From the IMG/VR virus record IMGVR_UViG_3300037149_000276, positions 1 to 48,175 of that record: a DNA stretch of 48,175 bases, one strand, 5' to 3'. Shown piece by piece: positions 17,274 to 25,642 of the stretch. The notes beneath the pieces were generated by a model. The model had not been told where the DNA came from. It did no database searches and saw nothing but the letters and a program-made list of their open reading frames with translations. Position numbers and translations under genes: made by a program. Source of the DNA: a virus. Its lineage: Duplodnaviria > Caudoviricetes. Numbering within the stretch: position 1 is the stretch's first letter; each line of letters starts with the position of its first letter.

Positions 17274-17410
17274 GGCCGCAATACCTCCTGTGCGGCCCAA
17301 CTCAGCCGGGGCCTCTGTGCCTCGGCGCTTTCCATTCGTCTTGCGCGCTCCTGCCCCCTCCTCGGGCTCGCGCATAGGCGGGCTGGCGTCTCCTCCCGGC
17401 GCCAGCCCGC
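17274..17410 (+). ncRNA. Candidate cuckoo-like RNA: four adjacent hairpins, three with CCUCC loops
   Basis: Stems at 17274-17297, 17305-17326, 17342-17374 and 17378-17410. Confidence 0.55.
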
Positions 17411-17562
17411 GCTCTTCGATCTTCCGCAGCACGTCAGCGGCCAAGCTCCCAATGCTGCGGAATCCCATTCCAACGTCCTTTCGTCACGGTTCGGTCTGAA
17501 CGATCCGAAACCTAGCGAGAGGCGCATCCGAGATGTTGGATCGTTCACCCAAGGGCTCAAAA

Positions 17563-17985
17563 ATGTCTGATGTAACGACCGCCCAAACCTTCCTCCATGA
17601 GCAGTGGCCAGAGCAGGCCGGCAGGCCTGTGAAGTCCTGCATCTGGGAAATCTTCAACGCACTACGACGCGTCGAGCGGCAGTTGCCGTCCGACGCCATG
17701 AGGCAGCGCCCGCGTCAGTGGACCGAGCGCCGCGTTCGCTCGATTTGGCACGGAGAAGCGCGCCGGCTCGACCATTACGAAATGACTGATCTCGAAATAG
17801 CGGCATCGGGGGAAGCAAGAAATGTCTTCAAACAATCCATCGAGCGCGCGGCCAGGATGGCAGCGTTTCTTGAAACTGCGGACCCGGATTTTCATGGGTC
17901 AGAAGTTGATCGAATTCGCGAATTTCTGCGCGGGCTGGCTGGCCCCGGAGTGGGCGGAAGCGGAACAGCAGGCGGGGAGGGCTGA
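17563..17985 (+). CDS. Putative transcriptional regulator in the CII position
   Basis: WTERRVRSIWHGEARR helix motif; location between cro and replication genes. Confidence 0.6.
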   Translation: MSDVTTAQTFLHEQWPEQAGRPVKSCIWEIFNALRRVERQLPSDAMRQRPRQWTERRVRSIWHGEARRLDHYEMTDLEIAASGEARNVFKQSIERAARMAAFLETADPDFHGSEVDRIREFLRGLAGPGVGGSGTAGGEG

Positions 17986-17988
17986 GTC

Positions 17989-18183
17989 ATGAAGAAGGTT
18001 CTCGCCGTTCTCGTCCTGCTGGCAATCCCTGCCGTACCGGTGGTAGCCGTCGCGGTTCTTTCCAGCGACCCGCTAGGGGTCGTTTTGGCCGCAATGTCGG
18101 GTATCGGCACGGTAGCCGCAATCGTCGGAATTTGGGTTGCTGCTGTGTGGGCCGTCAGCGAACTGATGGGGTTGCACGAATGA
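17989..18183 (+). CDS. Small two-TM membrane protein
   Basis: Hydrophobic; GGAGG RBS. Confidence 0.65.
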   Translation: MKKVLAVLVLLAIPAVPVVAVAVLSSDPLGVVLAAMSGIGTVAAIVGIWVAAVWAVSELMGLHE

Positions 18184-18371
18184 ACCTCTCCATGTTCTTC
18201 CTCCGCCGCCAGCCCAAAGCCGTCCGCTATTTCGCTGCTACATCCCACGAGAATGCTGCGGAGAAGGCGAAAAGAGACGAGACGACAGCCGCCCTGCGCC
18301 GCGTCGTAAAGCGCGAGCAAGAGCTTCGCCGCGCCGTCGCCAATGCCATAGGGCAGGGGAGGGGGGAGTGA
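18180..18371 (+). CDS. Hypothetical basic protein
   Basis: ATGA/GTGA coupling. Confidence 0.6.
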   Translation: MNLSMFFLRRQPKAVRYFAATSHENAAEKAKRDETTAALRRVVKREQELRRAVANAIGQGRGE

Positions 18372-18664
18372 CGGTCGTCCGTGAGGAAGTTATCGGCAAC
18401 TGCCGTCTCATCCTGGGTGAAGCAATGGCGATCATGCCGACGCTGCCCAAGAGCCATCTTGTCGTCAGCGATATTCCGTACCCGATCGAGATCGGTGGCG
18501 TGAAGGTGTGCACCTACGTCGGTGACTTCTCCTACCTGACCAAGACCGGGGCGCCCGTCACCGAGGACGTGAAGGGCGTTGCCACTGACGCATTCAGGAT
18601 CAAGGCGAAGCTGTTCCGCGCGCTCTTCGGCCGGGACGTTGTGATTGTGAGGACCGCGCGATGA
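18368..18664 (+). pseudogene. In-frame chimera: N6/N4 MTase N-terminus fused to DUF1064-like nuclease C-terminus
   Basis: REEVIGNCRLILGEAMAIMPTL..LVVSDIPY then PIEIGGVKVCTYVGDFSY...EDVKG...FRIKAKL. Confidence 0.6.
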
Positions 18665-18999
18665 AAGCGAACGACCTCCTGCGCCCCGACAACCACGACC
18701 TATACGACCATGTGCGGCTGATGATCCTGTCGAAGGATCCGATCTTCACGATCGACCAGATCGCCGGAGAGTTCGCCGTCACGCCCGAAGATCTGATGCG
18801 CTGGATAATGGCGTACAAGGAGCCGCGCGGAAAGCGCCAGCCGTACCAGTCGCCTCGGTTCTCGGCCATCGGCCAGCCGCGCGTCTCCACCGGACCTGAC
18901 TGGGCGCGAGAGGAGAACGCCCGCAAGTTCCTGGCATGGAAGCGCCAGCGCGACGGCGCAAGGGCCACCCGTGAAGCCGCCGAGGCCGCGAAGGCATGA
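18661..18999 (+). CDS. Hypothetical HTH-like protein
   Basis: TIDQIAGEFAVTPEDLMRW; coupled. Confidence 0.65.
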   Translation: MKANDLLRPDNHDLYDHVRLMILSKDPIFTIDQIAGEFAVTPEDLMRWIMAYKEPRGKRQPYQSPRFSAIGQPRVSTGPDWAREENARKFLAWKRQRDGARATREAAEAAKA

Positions 19000-19625
19000 T
19001 CGACCTTGCCGCGACGATCAGCGCCATGCAAGGCGCGGGCATGACATCGGACGAGATTGTCCGCTCGCTCGCTTGCGTGCAGATCGGCGCTCAACCTGCC
19101 GCAGCCATTCTTGATGAGCAGGCGGAACGCCGTCGCGCTCGTGACCGTGACCGGAAGCGTCTGCGGAATTCTGCGGAATTCTGCGGAAACGGCGGAACGG
19201 TCCCTCCTTCCCCTAAAGAAACGTCCCCCACACCCCCTAAAGAAATAACCCCTTCCACCCCATCCACTCCCAAAGAAAACCCCCTTCGGGGTCAAAAGAA
19301 AGCGGTTCGCCTTCCCGAGGATTGGGTTCTGCGCCCCGAGTGGCGGCAGGACGCGATCGACGCCGGGCTGAGTGAAAACCTCATCGATCTCGAGGCCGCC
19401 AAGATGCGGGACTGGTCCCGATCCTCGAAGAACGGCGCCAAGCTCGACTGGCGGGCGACGTGGCGCAACTGGTGCCGCGAAGCTGCCGCCCGCACGCCAC
19501 AGCAGCGCGCCGGACCATCCCTCAATCGCCCCCCGACTGCCCAGGAATTACTCAAAGCCAGACGACAGGAGATCAGCCTTGATGAACCCCCGCCAAACCG
19601 CCCTCTGCTCGTTGCTTCTCGGTAG
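18996..19625 (+). CDS. Phage replication initiator (DnaT/DnaD-like C-terminal domain)
   Basis: RRRARDRDRKR, Pro-rich linker, RLPEDW...DWRATWRNW. Confidence 0.75.
   Translation: MIDLAATISAMQGAGMTSDEIVRSLACVQIGAQPAAAILDEQAERRRARDRDRKRLRNSAEFCGNGGTVPPSPKETSPTPPKEITPSTPSTPKENPLRGQKKAVRLPEDWVLRPEWRQDAIDAGLSENLIDLEAAKMRDWSRSSKNGAKLDWRATWRNWCREAAARTPQQRAGPSLNRPPTAQELLKARRQEISLDEPPPNRPLLVASR
19161..19199 (+). repeat. Tandem 10-bp repeats, candidate origin iterons
   Basis: CTGCGGAATT CTGCGGAATT CTGCGGAAAC GGCGGAACG inside the initiator gene. Confidence 0.6.
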
Positions 19626-20103
19626 CTTCCCGAACTTTTCGTCAGGGGACAGCGAGGGGGCATTGGCGGCGTACGAGGCAGTGATGCGCAGCGCCGACGA
19701 ATGCGACCTTGACCCCGGGGTGATGATCCTGATCAACGGCCAGTATCCGGGTCACGACGGGCGGTTCGCGCCGACCGCGCCGCAGCTCGCCACGGCCATC
19801 CGTATGGCGCGTGACAAGCGCCTCGAGCATGAGCGCCGGGAACGGCTCAACCAGCCCCGGCTAGCCCCGCCCGATGTGGTTTCGACGCCTGAGGAACGCG
19901 CACGCGCCAAGACGAAGCTGGACCACTTCCTCCAGAACGTCGGCGACCGCATGCGCACCGACGACGCCACAATAACGAAGTCCCGCAACCACGTCCTCGC
20001 CAAGACCAATGCCCGGTTCGCTCCCGACATGTCGGACGATGCCGTCGCCAATCGCCTGCTGTTCAGCGTCGGCGATCCTGACGGGGATAGGGACGTCGCA
20101 TGA
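19582..20103 (+). CDS. Putative helicase loader / replication accessory protein
   Basis: Follows initiator; LLGSFP...FAPTAPQLA motif; start reassigned to ATG 19582. Confidence 0.55.
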   Translation: MNPRQTALCSLLLGSFPNFSSGDSEGALAAYEAVMRSADECDLDPGVMILINGQYPGHDGRFAPTAPQLATAIRMARDKRLEHERRERLNQPRLAPPDVVSTPEERARAKTKLDHFLQNVGDRMRTDDATITKSRNHVLAKTNARFAPDMSDDAVANRLLFSVGDPDGDRDVA

Positions 20104-20149
20104 CCTGGTGGTTCAAGAACGAAGTCCTTGAGCAGGCGAGAAGCACCGC

Positions 20150-20338
20150 ATGAAGCACCGCGGCTCCATCCATTCCAGCGACAGGGATGACGCTCGCGAG
20201 AACTTCGCAAAGGGCGTGGAAGCCGCTGCCGAACTGCTCGAGCGGGCAGCGGAGAAGCGAGCGGCACAGATCCTGCGAGACGCCAAGATCATCAACGACA
20301 TTGGCCTTGAGGCCATCAAGAAAGAGGAACGGGAATGA
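20150..20338 (+). CDS. Hypothetical protein
   Basis: Coupled by ATGA to next gene. Confidence 0.55.
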   Translation: MKHRGSIHSSDRDDARENFAKGVEAAAELLERAAEKRAAQILRDAKIINDIGLEAIKKEERE

Positions 20339-20619
20339 GCAACGCAGTGGTCGTGAACATTTTAGGCATCTTGTTTTTGACCGGGCTCCTCGTCTGGCTG
20401 GCCATACTGGCAGTCCTTGCTTGTACGCTCTTCGGCGCCGCCATCCGGGCAGCCAGGGCTTTCGCATATTACCCGAAGATGGAGGTCGTCTGGCGGGGTC
20501 ACGACGGCGAAGGGGCGGTGACAAAGCGCCTGAAAGTCGAGCTCTGGCTGCTCTGCTTCCGGACCTCTGCATACGGGATGAACAAGATGATCGCGAACGC
20601 GTCCCGCGTGAAGGGCTGA
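20335..20619 (+). CDS. Hypothetical membrane protein
   Basis: Long N-terminal hydrophobic segment; GAGG RBS. Confidence 0.6.
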   Translation: MSNAVVVNILGILFLTGLLVWLAILAVLACTLFGAAIRAARAFAYYPKMEVVWRGHDGEGAVTKRLKVELWLLCFRTSAYGMNKMIANASRVKG

Positions 20620-20657
20620 ACCAAAATCACCACCACTGACGACGAAGGAAAAGCGGC

Positions 20658-21245
20658 ATGACCAAGGGCAGACCACGCAAGATCGGCGTAAAGCGGACCA
20701 AGAGCGGGCAGATCAGCCGCGCGGTCGCCGCCTGCAATGAAAATGCGGAAGGCATTGCGCTGCGCATGAGGGTGTTCGGGCTGACCGAAATAGACGCCCG
20801 CGATCAGAAGGCCGCGACCTACGTCGGCCGGCTGTGTTTGGCAGGGCAGAAGAACAACACCGACGGGATCACCGTCGCGCAATACGAGGCGGCGATGGCG
20901 TGGCGGGAGGCCTACGAGAATTTCCAGCGGGCCGTGAAGTCTCCGGATGCGCTGCGCAGCGGGGTGGGCGGCGGCGACCAGGGCGAGAGCGAGGACTATG
21001 CCCGGCGCTGCAAGGCGGCCATCGCGAGGTGGAAGGGTATCGAGGATGCAGTTCGGCACGAGCAGTGCCTGCACGAGAATCGCGGCGCCAACATGTGGGC
21101 GGCTCTCGACTACCTCGTCGGTCGCGATCAGCAACTGCCTCATATGATCGGAGACCTGCGGCTGGCTCTCAACGCGATCGGGCACCACATGGGCATGATC
21201 CAGCGGCCGAAGCGGGGAACGCCTTCGCAGCAGGAGGCCGCATGA
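20658..21245 (+). CDS. Probable late-gene regulator (Q position) with N-terminal AT-hook-like KGRPRK
   Basis: Last early gene, directly before a consensus promoter plus terminator. Confidence 0.6.
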   Translation: MTKGRPRKIGVKRTKSGQISRAVAACNENAEGIALRMRVFGLTEIDARDQKAATYVGRLCLAGQKNNTDGITVAQYEAAMAWREAYENFQRAVKSPDALRSGVGGGDQGESEDYARRCKAAIARWKGIEDAVRHEQCLHENRGANMWAALDYLVGRDQQLPHMIGDLRLALNAIGHHMGMIQRPKRGTPSQQEAA

Positions 21246-21252
21246 TGCCCCG

Positions 21253-21281
21253 TTGACAGGGATCGCGAACACCCCTAAATT
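21253..21281 (+). promoter_or_regulatory. Late promoter (PR'-like), sigma70 type
   Basis: TTGACA-N17-TAAATT. Confidence 0.75.
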
Positions 21282-21319
21282 CACGTTAATGCGATTTTCA
21301 GACTAGCGTCTGAAACGAC

Positions 21320-21348
21320 AACCCGCCCGAGCAATCCGGCGGGTTTTT
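21320..21348 (+). terminator. Intrinsic terminator (tR'-like)
   Basis: AACCCGCC/GGCGGGTT stem followed by T run. Confidence 0.75.
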
Positions 21349-21574
21349 GATTCCAGTTCCAGAGGTCGCCACCACTCTCTGGTGGCAGCGTGCGCGGGCG
21401 CCAGGCCAGTTGCCTTCCCGTGAAGTCGTCGGATGCATACGGCGCAGTTCTGTGGCCCGCAGGACAATCCACGGTTTGGGAGACCAGGGCGCAATTCAGT
21501 TCGAGGCGTCTATCCTGCGTAGGCTCGCAACCTGCGCGCAGTGCCACCTGTGACACTGGCGCGCCTCAATCCTA

Positions 21575-21672
21575 TCGAAGCGGCGGCGTGGAGGGACACG
21601 CCTAATCAAAAGGCTGGCTGCCACGGCGCCGTGAATGCAGCCAGAGTCAGTATCAAGCCCGGCCCACTTCGA
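21575..21672 (+). ncRNA. tRNA-like structured element (not a canonical tRNA)
   Basis: Closing stem TCGAAG.GG/CC.CTTCGA, D-like arm GCGTG/CACGC, long central arm, imperfect T-like arm; no anticodon loop or CCA. Confidence 0.45.
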
Positions 21673-21730
21673 GTCTAACCATCCAGATTTCAAACTGACA
21701 CGCGCCCAGCGCGCCATGGAGGGCATCCTC

Positions 21731-22111
21731 ATGAACAAGCGTCTCGCCGTCGTTGCGGCTTTGGCCGCGCTTTCCCTCGCCGGCTGTAGCGATGCGGACA
21801 TGGCTTCATCGAACCTGTCGCGGGCTGCCGACCAGTTCGAGATCAACCGCCGCGTCGTGTTCTACAACGGCGTCACTGGCGAGTTCATGCTCACCGTCGA
21901 AGGGCTCTGCTCACTGGGCAACTACGACAAGTCCCGCGAGCTTAGCGTCACCTGCAAGACCGGACCGGGCGCGTATAAGAAGCACTTCCTCGGCCTGTCG
22001 GACAACGTGACGTATTTCGCCGAACAGATCGATGCGGCGAACGTCAGCCCGTACCACTACCGAGTGATCTTCAAGCCGTCGGCGATCGTGCCCGACATCG
22101 ATCTCCGCTGA
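21731..22111 (+). CDS. Phage lipoprotein (beta-rich)
   Basis: Signal peptide II with lipobox LAGC; NLSRAADQFEINRRVVFYNG. Confidence 0.85.
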   Translation: MNKRLAVVAALAALSLAGCSDADMASSNLSRAADQFEINRRVVFYNGVTGEFMLTVEGLCSLGNYDKSRELSVTCKTGPGAYKKHFLGLSDNVTYFAEQIDAANVSPYHYRVIFKPSAIVPDIDLR

Positions 22112-22129
22112 ACCCCGGCCATCAGCCCC

Positions 22130-22156
22130 AGCCTCACCCTAACCGGTGGGGCTTTT
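22130..22156 (+). terminator. Intrinsic terminator
   Basis: AGCCTCACC/GGTGGGGCT stem + TTT. Confidence 0.6.
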
Positions 22157-22172
22157 GCATTGGAGAGACAGC

Positions 22173-22448
22173 ATGACATCTCGTGCATTCGTCAGCCCCG
22201 CTCGCCTGCACATTGCCGGCTACGAGTTCATGCACCGCAACAGCGCGGGCGACATGGTCATTGTCTCGCACCACCCCCGTGGCAGTGCGACTTGGCTTTG
22301 GTCGGTCGTGCTGGCTAAGGGCGGCGGCAACACCATCATCAGCCGCGCCGCCGATCGTCAGGGCCAGTGGCACGACTACTATCGCCTGCCGTTCGGCTTT
22401 TGCCTGATCGTCAGCCAGCAGGACTGGCACAGGTCACGCCGCGCCTAA
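22173..22448 (+). CDS. Hypothetical moron
   Basis: GGAGAG RBS; flanked by imperfect direct repeats. Confidence 0.6.
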   Translation: MTSRAFVSPARLHIAGYEFMHRNSAGDMVIVSHHPRGSATWLWSVVLAKGGGNTIISRAADRQGQWHDYYRLPFGFCLIVSQQDWHRSRRA

Positions 22449-22526
22449 CCCCTTCCTCGCATAAGCGGGGCCTTTCCAGTTGGAGAGACAGGATGGCTGT
22501 AGCGGGGGCAGTAGGAACGGATTTGC

Positions 22527-23009
22527 GTGATGGGCCAAACGAAGGCTAGCAAGCCTAAAGGGCGCCCTAGCGCATATACCCACAAAATAGGCGATGCCAT
22601 CTGCGAACGCCTGTCTGATGGCGAGAGCCTGCGGGCGATTTGCGCAGACAATGGAATGCCCAACAAGGCGACGGTCTTTAGGTGGCTGGCATCGAACGAA
22701 CAATTTCGCGACCAATACGCCCGCGCGCGCGAAACCCAGGCTGATGCGCTGTTCGATGAAATTCTCGACATCGCCGACGACGGGTCGAACGACTGGATGG
22801 AAAAGCACAATGCCGATGGAGAGAATATCGGCTGGCGGGAAAACGGCGAGGCGCTTCGGCGCTCACAGCTCCGAGTTGATGCCCGGAAGTGGATGGCCGG
22901 GAAACTCCAGCCGAAGAAGTACGGGGAGAAGGTCACCTTGGCCGGCGACCCCGACGCCCCGCTGACGCCACCGGTTATTCAATTCGTCCGCGATGCAGAT
23001 CCGGCTTAG
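22527..23009 (+). CDS. terS: Terminase small subunit (Sf6/P22-like)
   Basis: GRPSAYT...ICERLSDGESLRAIC...LRVDARKW...PKKYG; before terL. Confidence 0.92.
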   Translation: MMGQTKASKPKGRPSAYTHKIGDAICERLSDGESLRAICADNGMPNKATVFRWLASNEQFRDQYARARETQADALFDEILDIADDGSNDWMEKHNADGENIGWRENGEALRRSQLRVDARKWMAGKLQPKKYGEKVTLAGDPDAPLTPPVIQFVRDADPA

Positions 23010-24231
23010 CCCGCCTCAATACGAGTTTGTCACCGCCGAAGAGCAGTTCCCCGCGATGGTCGCGGGTTTCGGCGCCGGGAAAACGCACGCCGCAGTGGCT
23101 CGAGCGATCGCGCGAAAGCTCCAGTACCCCAAGCAGAACGTCGCCTACTACCTACCGACCTATGACCTGGTGAGGAATATCGGGTTTCCGCGATTTGCCG
23201 AAGTGCTCGGGGGCATGGGGCTCAGCCACAAGATCAACAAGACCGACGCCACCATCGACTTCGGCGGGTTCGGCCAAGTGATCTTCCGCACAATGGATAC
23301 CCCGGAGCGGATCATCGGCTACGAGGTGGCCGATAGCCTTGTCGACGAGCTCGACACGCTGCCCACCGAGAAGGCCCGTGAGGTCTGGAATAAGATCATC
23401 GGCCGCAATCGGCAGAAGAAGCCGGACGGCTCGCTGAACACGGTCGCGGTGGCGACGACACCTGAAGGCTTCCGGTTCGTCTACGAGCGCTGGCAGAAGA
23501 AAGCGGCGCCCGGCTATCGCATCATCAAGGCATCGACGGAGAGCAACGCCAAGAACCTCCCCGCCGGCTACATCCAGTCGCTCAGGGACAGCTACCCCTC
23601 GAACCTGCTGGCGGCCTATCTCGACGGCGAGTTCGTCAACCTGACGAGCGGGTCGGTCTACCCCGAGTTCGATCGGCGCCGGCATCATGCGATTGCCGAG
23701 ATCCGGGACGGCGAGCCGCTGCACGTCGGGATGGACTTCAACGTCCAGCACATGGCAGCGGTGCTGTTCGTCCTTCGCGACGGCAAGCCCTTCGCGGCTC
23801 TGGAATACACCGACGTTCTCGACACGCCGGCCATGATTGCGCTGCTCAAGTCGCGGCATCCCGGCCATTCGATCTTCGTTTACCCGGACGCCTCAGGGAA
23901 CAACCGCAAGTCGAATAGCGCCAGCTCGAGCGACATCGCCCTCTTGAAACAGGCTGGGTTCACCGTCTGCGCGAATGCAGCCAACCCAGCGGTCAAGGAC
24001 CGAGTGCTTTCGGTAAATTCGCTACTCAAGGCGGATGGGATCGGCATCAACGTCGACACCTGTCCTGCACTCGTCGAGGCGTTCGAGAAGCAGGCCTACG
24101 ACAAGTCCGGGGAGCCGGACAAATCCAGCGGGCTCGACCATGTGATCGACGCTGCCGGGTATTTTGTCGCCTACAAATTCCCGATTGTGCGGCCCGGCCG
24201 CGCTGCCGTGGTCAATACGGGGTTCTATTAG
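22993..24231 (+). CDS. terL: Terminase large subunit
   Basis: Walker A AGFGAGKT, Walker B SLVDE, TTPEG, nuclease GMDFN and DHVIDAAGY. Confidence 0.95.
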   Translation: MQIRLSPPQYEFVTAEEQFPAMVAGFGAGKTHAAVARAIARKLQYPKQNVAYYLPTYDLVRNIGFPRFAEVLGGMGLSHKINKTDATIDFGGFGQVIFRTMDTPERIIGYEVADSLVDELDTLPTEKAREVWNKIIGRNRQKKPDGSLNTVAVATTPEGFRFVYERWQKKAAPGYRIIKASTESNAKNLPAGYIQSLRDSYPSNLLAAYLDGEFVNLTSGSVYPEFDRRRHHAIAEIRDGEPLHVGMDFNVQHMAAVLFVLRDGKPFAALEYTDVLDTPAMIALLKSRHPGHSIFVYPDASGNNRKSNSASSSDIALLKQAGFTVCANAANPAVKDRVLSVNSLLKADGIGINVDTCPALVEAFEKQAYDKSGEPDKSSGLDHVIDAAGYFVAYKFPIVRPGRAAVVNTGFY

Positions 24232-24233
24232 CC

Positions 24234-25640
24234 ATGGCCTTCGACATTACGATCAAGCATCCGAGCTACATCGCGTTCGCAGATGCTTGGCGCCTCATGC
24301 GCGATGCCATGGATGGCGAGGATGCCGTCAAGGCCCGCGGCGAGGTCTACCTACCGATGAAGTCCGGCACGCGGGCTATCGATGACGCGACCAATCGGCA
24401 AGCCGCCTACGACGCCTACAAGCAGCGCGCGGAATTCCCGGAGCTCGTCGCACCAACAGTTCGCGGCGCTGTCGGAACGATCCTCGAGCAGGAAGCGACG
24501 ATCGAACTGCCGCCCAAGCTCGAGCCGCTGTTGCAGCGGGCGACGCGGGACGGCCTGACGCTGGAGGCGCTTCACCGCCGCATCACGATCGAACTCATGA
24601 CCACGGGACGCTACGGCATCCTCCCGGGCGTGACCGCGAACGGCGACCCGTACCTCGCCGGCTATGTCGCCGAGAGCATCATCAACTGGGACACTGACGA
24701 GGAGCAGCGCCCCAACTATGTGGTGCTCAATGAAAGCGGGCTGGCCCGCAATCGTGATACGGGCGCGTGGGGGAGCACGAAGCAATATCGCGAGTGCATG
24801 GTTGTGGATGGGCGCTATGGCGCGCGCGTCTGGACGGACAGCGGCAGCGGCATGGAGCCGGATATGCTGGTCGAAGCCAGAACGGGCAAGCAGCGGCCTC
24901 TGGCTAGCCTACCGTTCGTGTTCATTGACACCAACGACCTCGCGCCCGAGCCCGACGACGTGCCGCTGTACGGCCTCGCCAAGCTCGCGGTGAGGGTCTA
25001 CCGCCTCGACGCCGACTACACCTTTGCCTTGCACATGACGTCAGAACCGACGCCGGTTGCGATCGGGTTCGACGACCCGAAATCTGCGGTGGAAGAGGGG
25101 CGGGCGCCGACCACATTGGGCAGCTCGAAACTCTGGCTCCTGCCGGCCGGCGGTGATGCCAAGTACCTCGAGTTCTCTGGTCCCGGTCTCGCGGCGCAGG
25201 AAAGGGCGATCCAGTCGTCTATGTCTCGCGCGGTGATCTTCGGGGCCAATCTGCTGGCCGATACTCAACGTACCGCGGAGTCTGGCGAGGCGCTCCGGCT
25301 TCGGCTCGGCAACCAGACAGCTACTCTGCGTTCCATCGCGATGACCTCGGCCGCCGGCCTTGAGCGGGCGTTGAAAAACGTCGCCGAATGGGTTGGCGAG
25401 GATCCGGACAAGGTGTCGGTGCAGCCGGTCACGGACTTCTTCGACCACACGCTTACCGCTCAGGAGATCACTGCGCTGGTGGCCGGGTGGCAGGCAGGGG
25501 GGTATTCGAAACAAACGCTGTTCGACCGCTTCAAGCGAGGCGAGCTCATTCCGGCTGAGCGCTCGTTCGCGGATGAGGAAGAATTGATCGCTGCCGAAGG
25601 GCCGGCTCTCGGGGCGCTTACGCCTCCGCCTGCTGCCTAG
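24234..25640 (+). CDS. Portal protein (DUF4055-like)
   Basis: HPSY...YLP...YDAYKQRA, AESGEAL; after terL. Confidence 0.9.
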   Translation: MAFDITIKHPSYIAFADAWRLMRDAMDGEDAVKARGEVYLPMKSGTRAIDDATNRQAAYDAYKQRAEFPELVAPTVRGAVGTILEQEATIELPPKLEPLLQRATRDGLTLEALHRRITIELMTTGRYGILPGVTANGDPYLAGYVAESIINWDTDEEQRPNYVVLNESGLARNRDTGAWGSTKQYRECMVVDGRYGARVWTDSGSGMEPDMLVEARTGKQRPLASLPFVFIDTNDLAPEPDDVPLYGLAKLAVRVYRLDADYTFALHMTSEPTPVAIGFDDPKSAVEEGRAPTTLGSSKLWLLPAGGDAKYLEFSGPGLAAQERAIQSSMSRAVIFGANLLADTQRTAESGEALRLRLGNQTATLRSIAMTSAAGLERALKNVAEWVGEDPDKVSVQPVTDFFDHTLTAQEITALVAGWQAGGYSKQTLFDRFKRGELIPAERSFADEEELIAAEGPALGALTPPPAA

Positions 25641-25642
25641 CA

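Noticed and set aside
17262-17570. 102-aa ORF as a real protein
   Set aside because: Despite ATGA coupling, the translation is Ser/Arg/Leu-rich without motifs and the DNA is better explained by hairpins; not fully excluded.
8146-21245. Recurrent EAA-stop C-termini (8146, 11675, 21245) as a repeat family
   Set aside because: Mostly explained by GGAGGCxGCATGA-type RBS/stop-start coupling; too short to be significant.
21575-21672. Canonical tRNA gene
   Set aside because: No 7-nt anticodon loop, no GTTC T-loop consensus, no CCA; kept only as tRNA-like.
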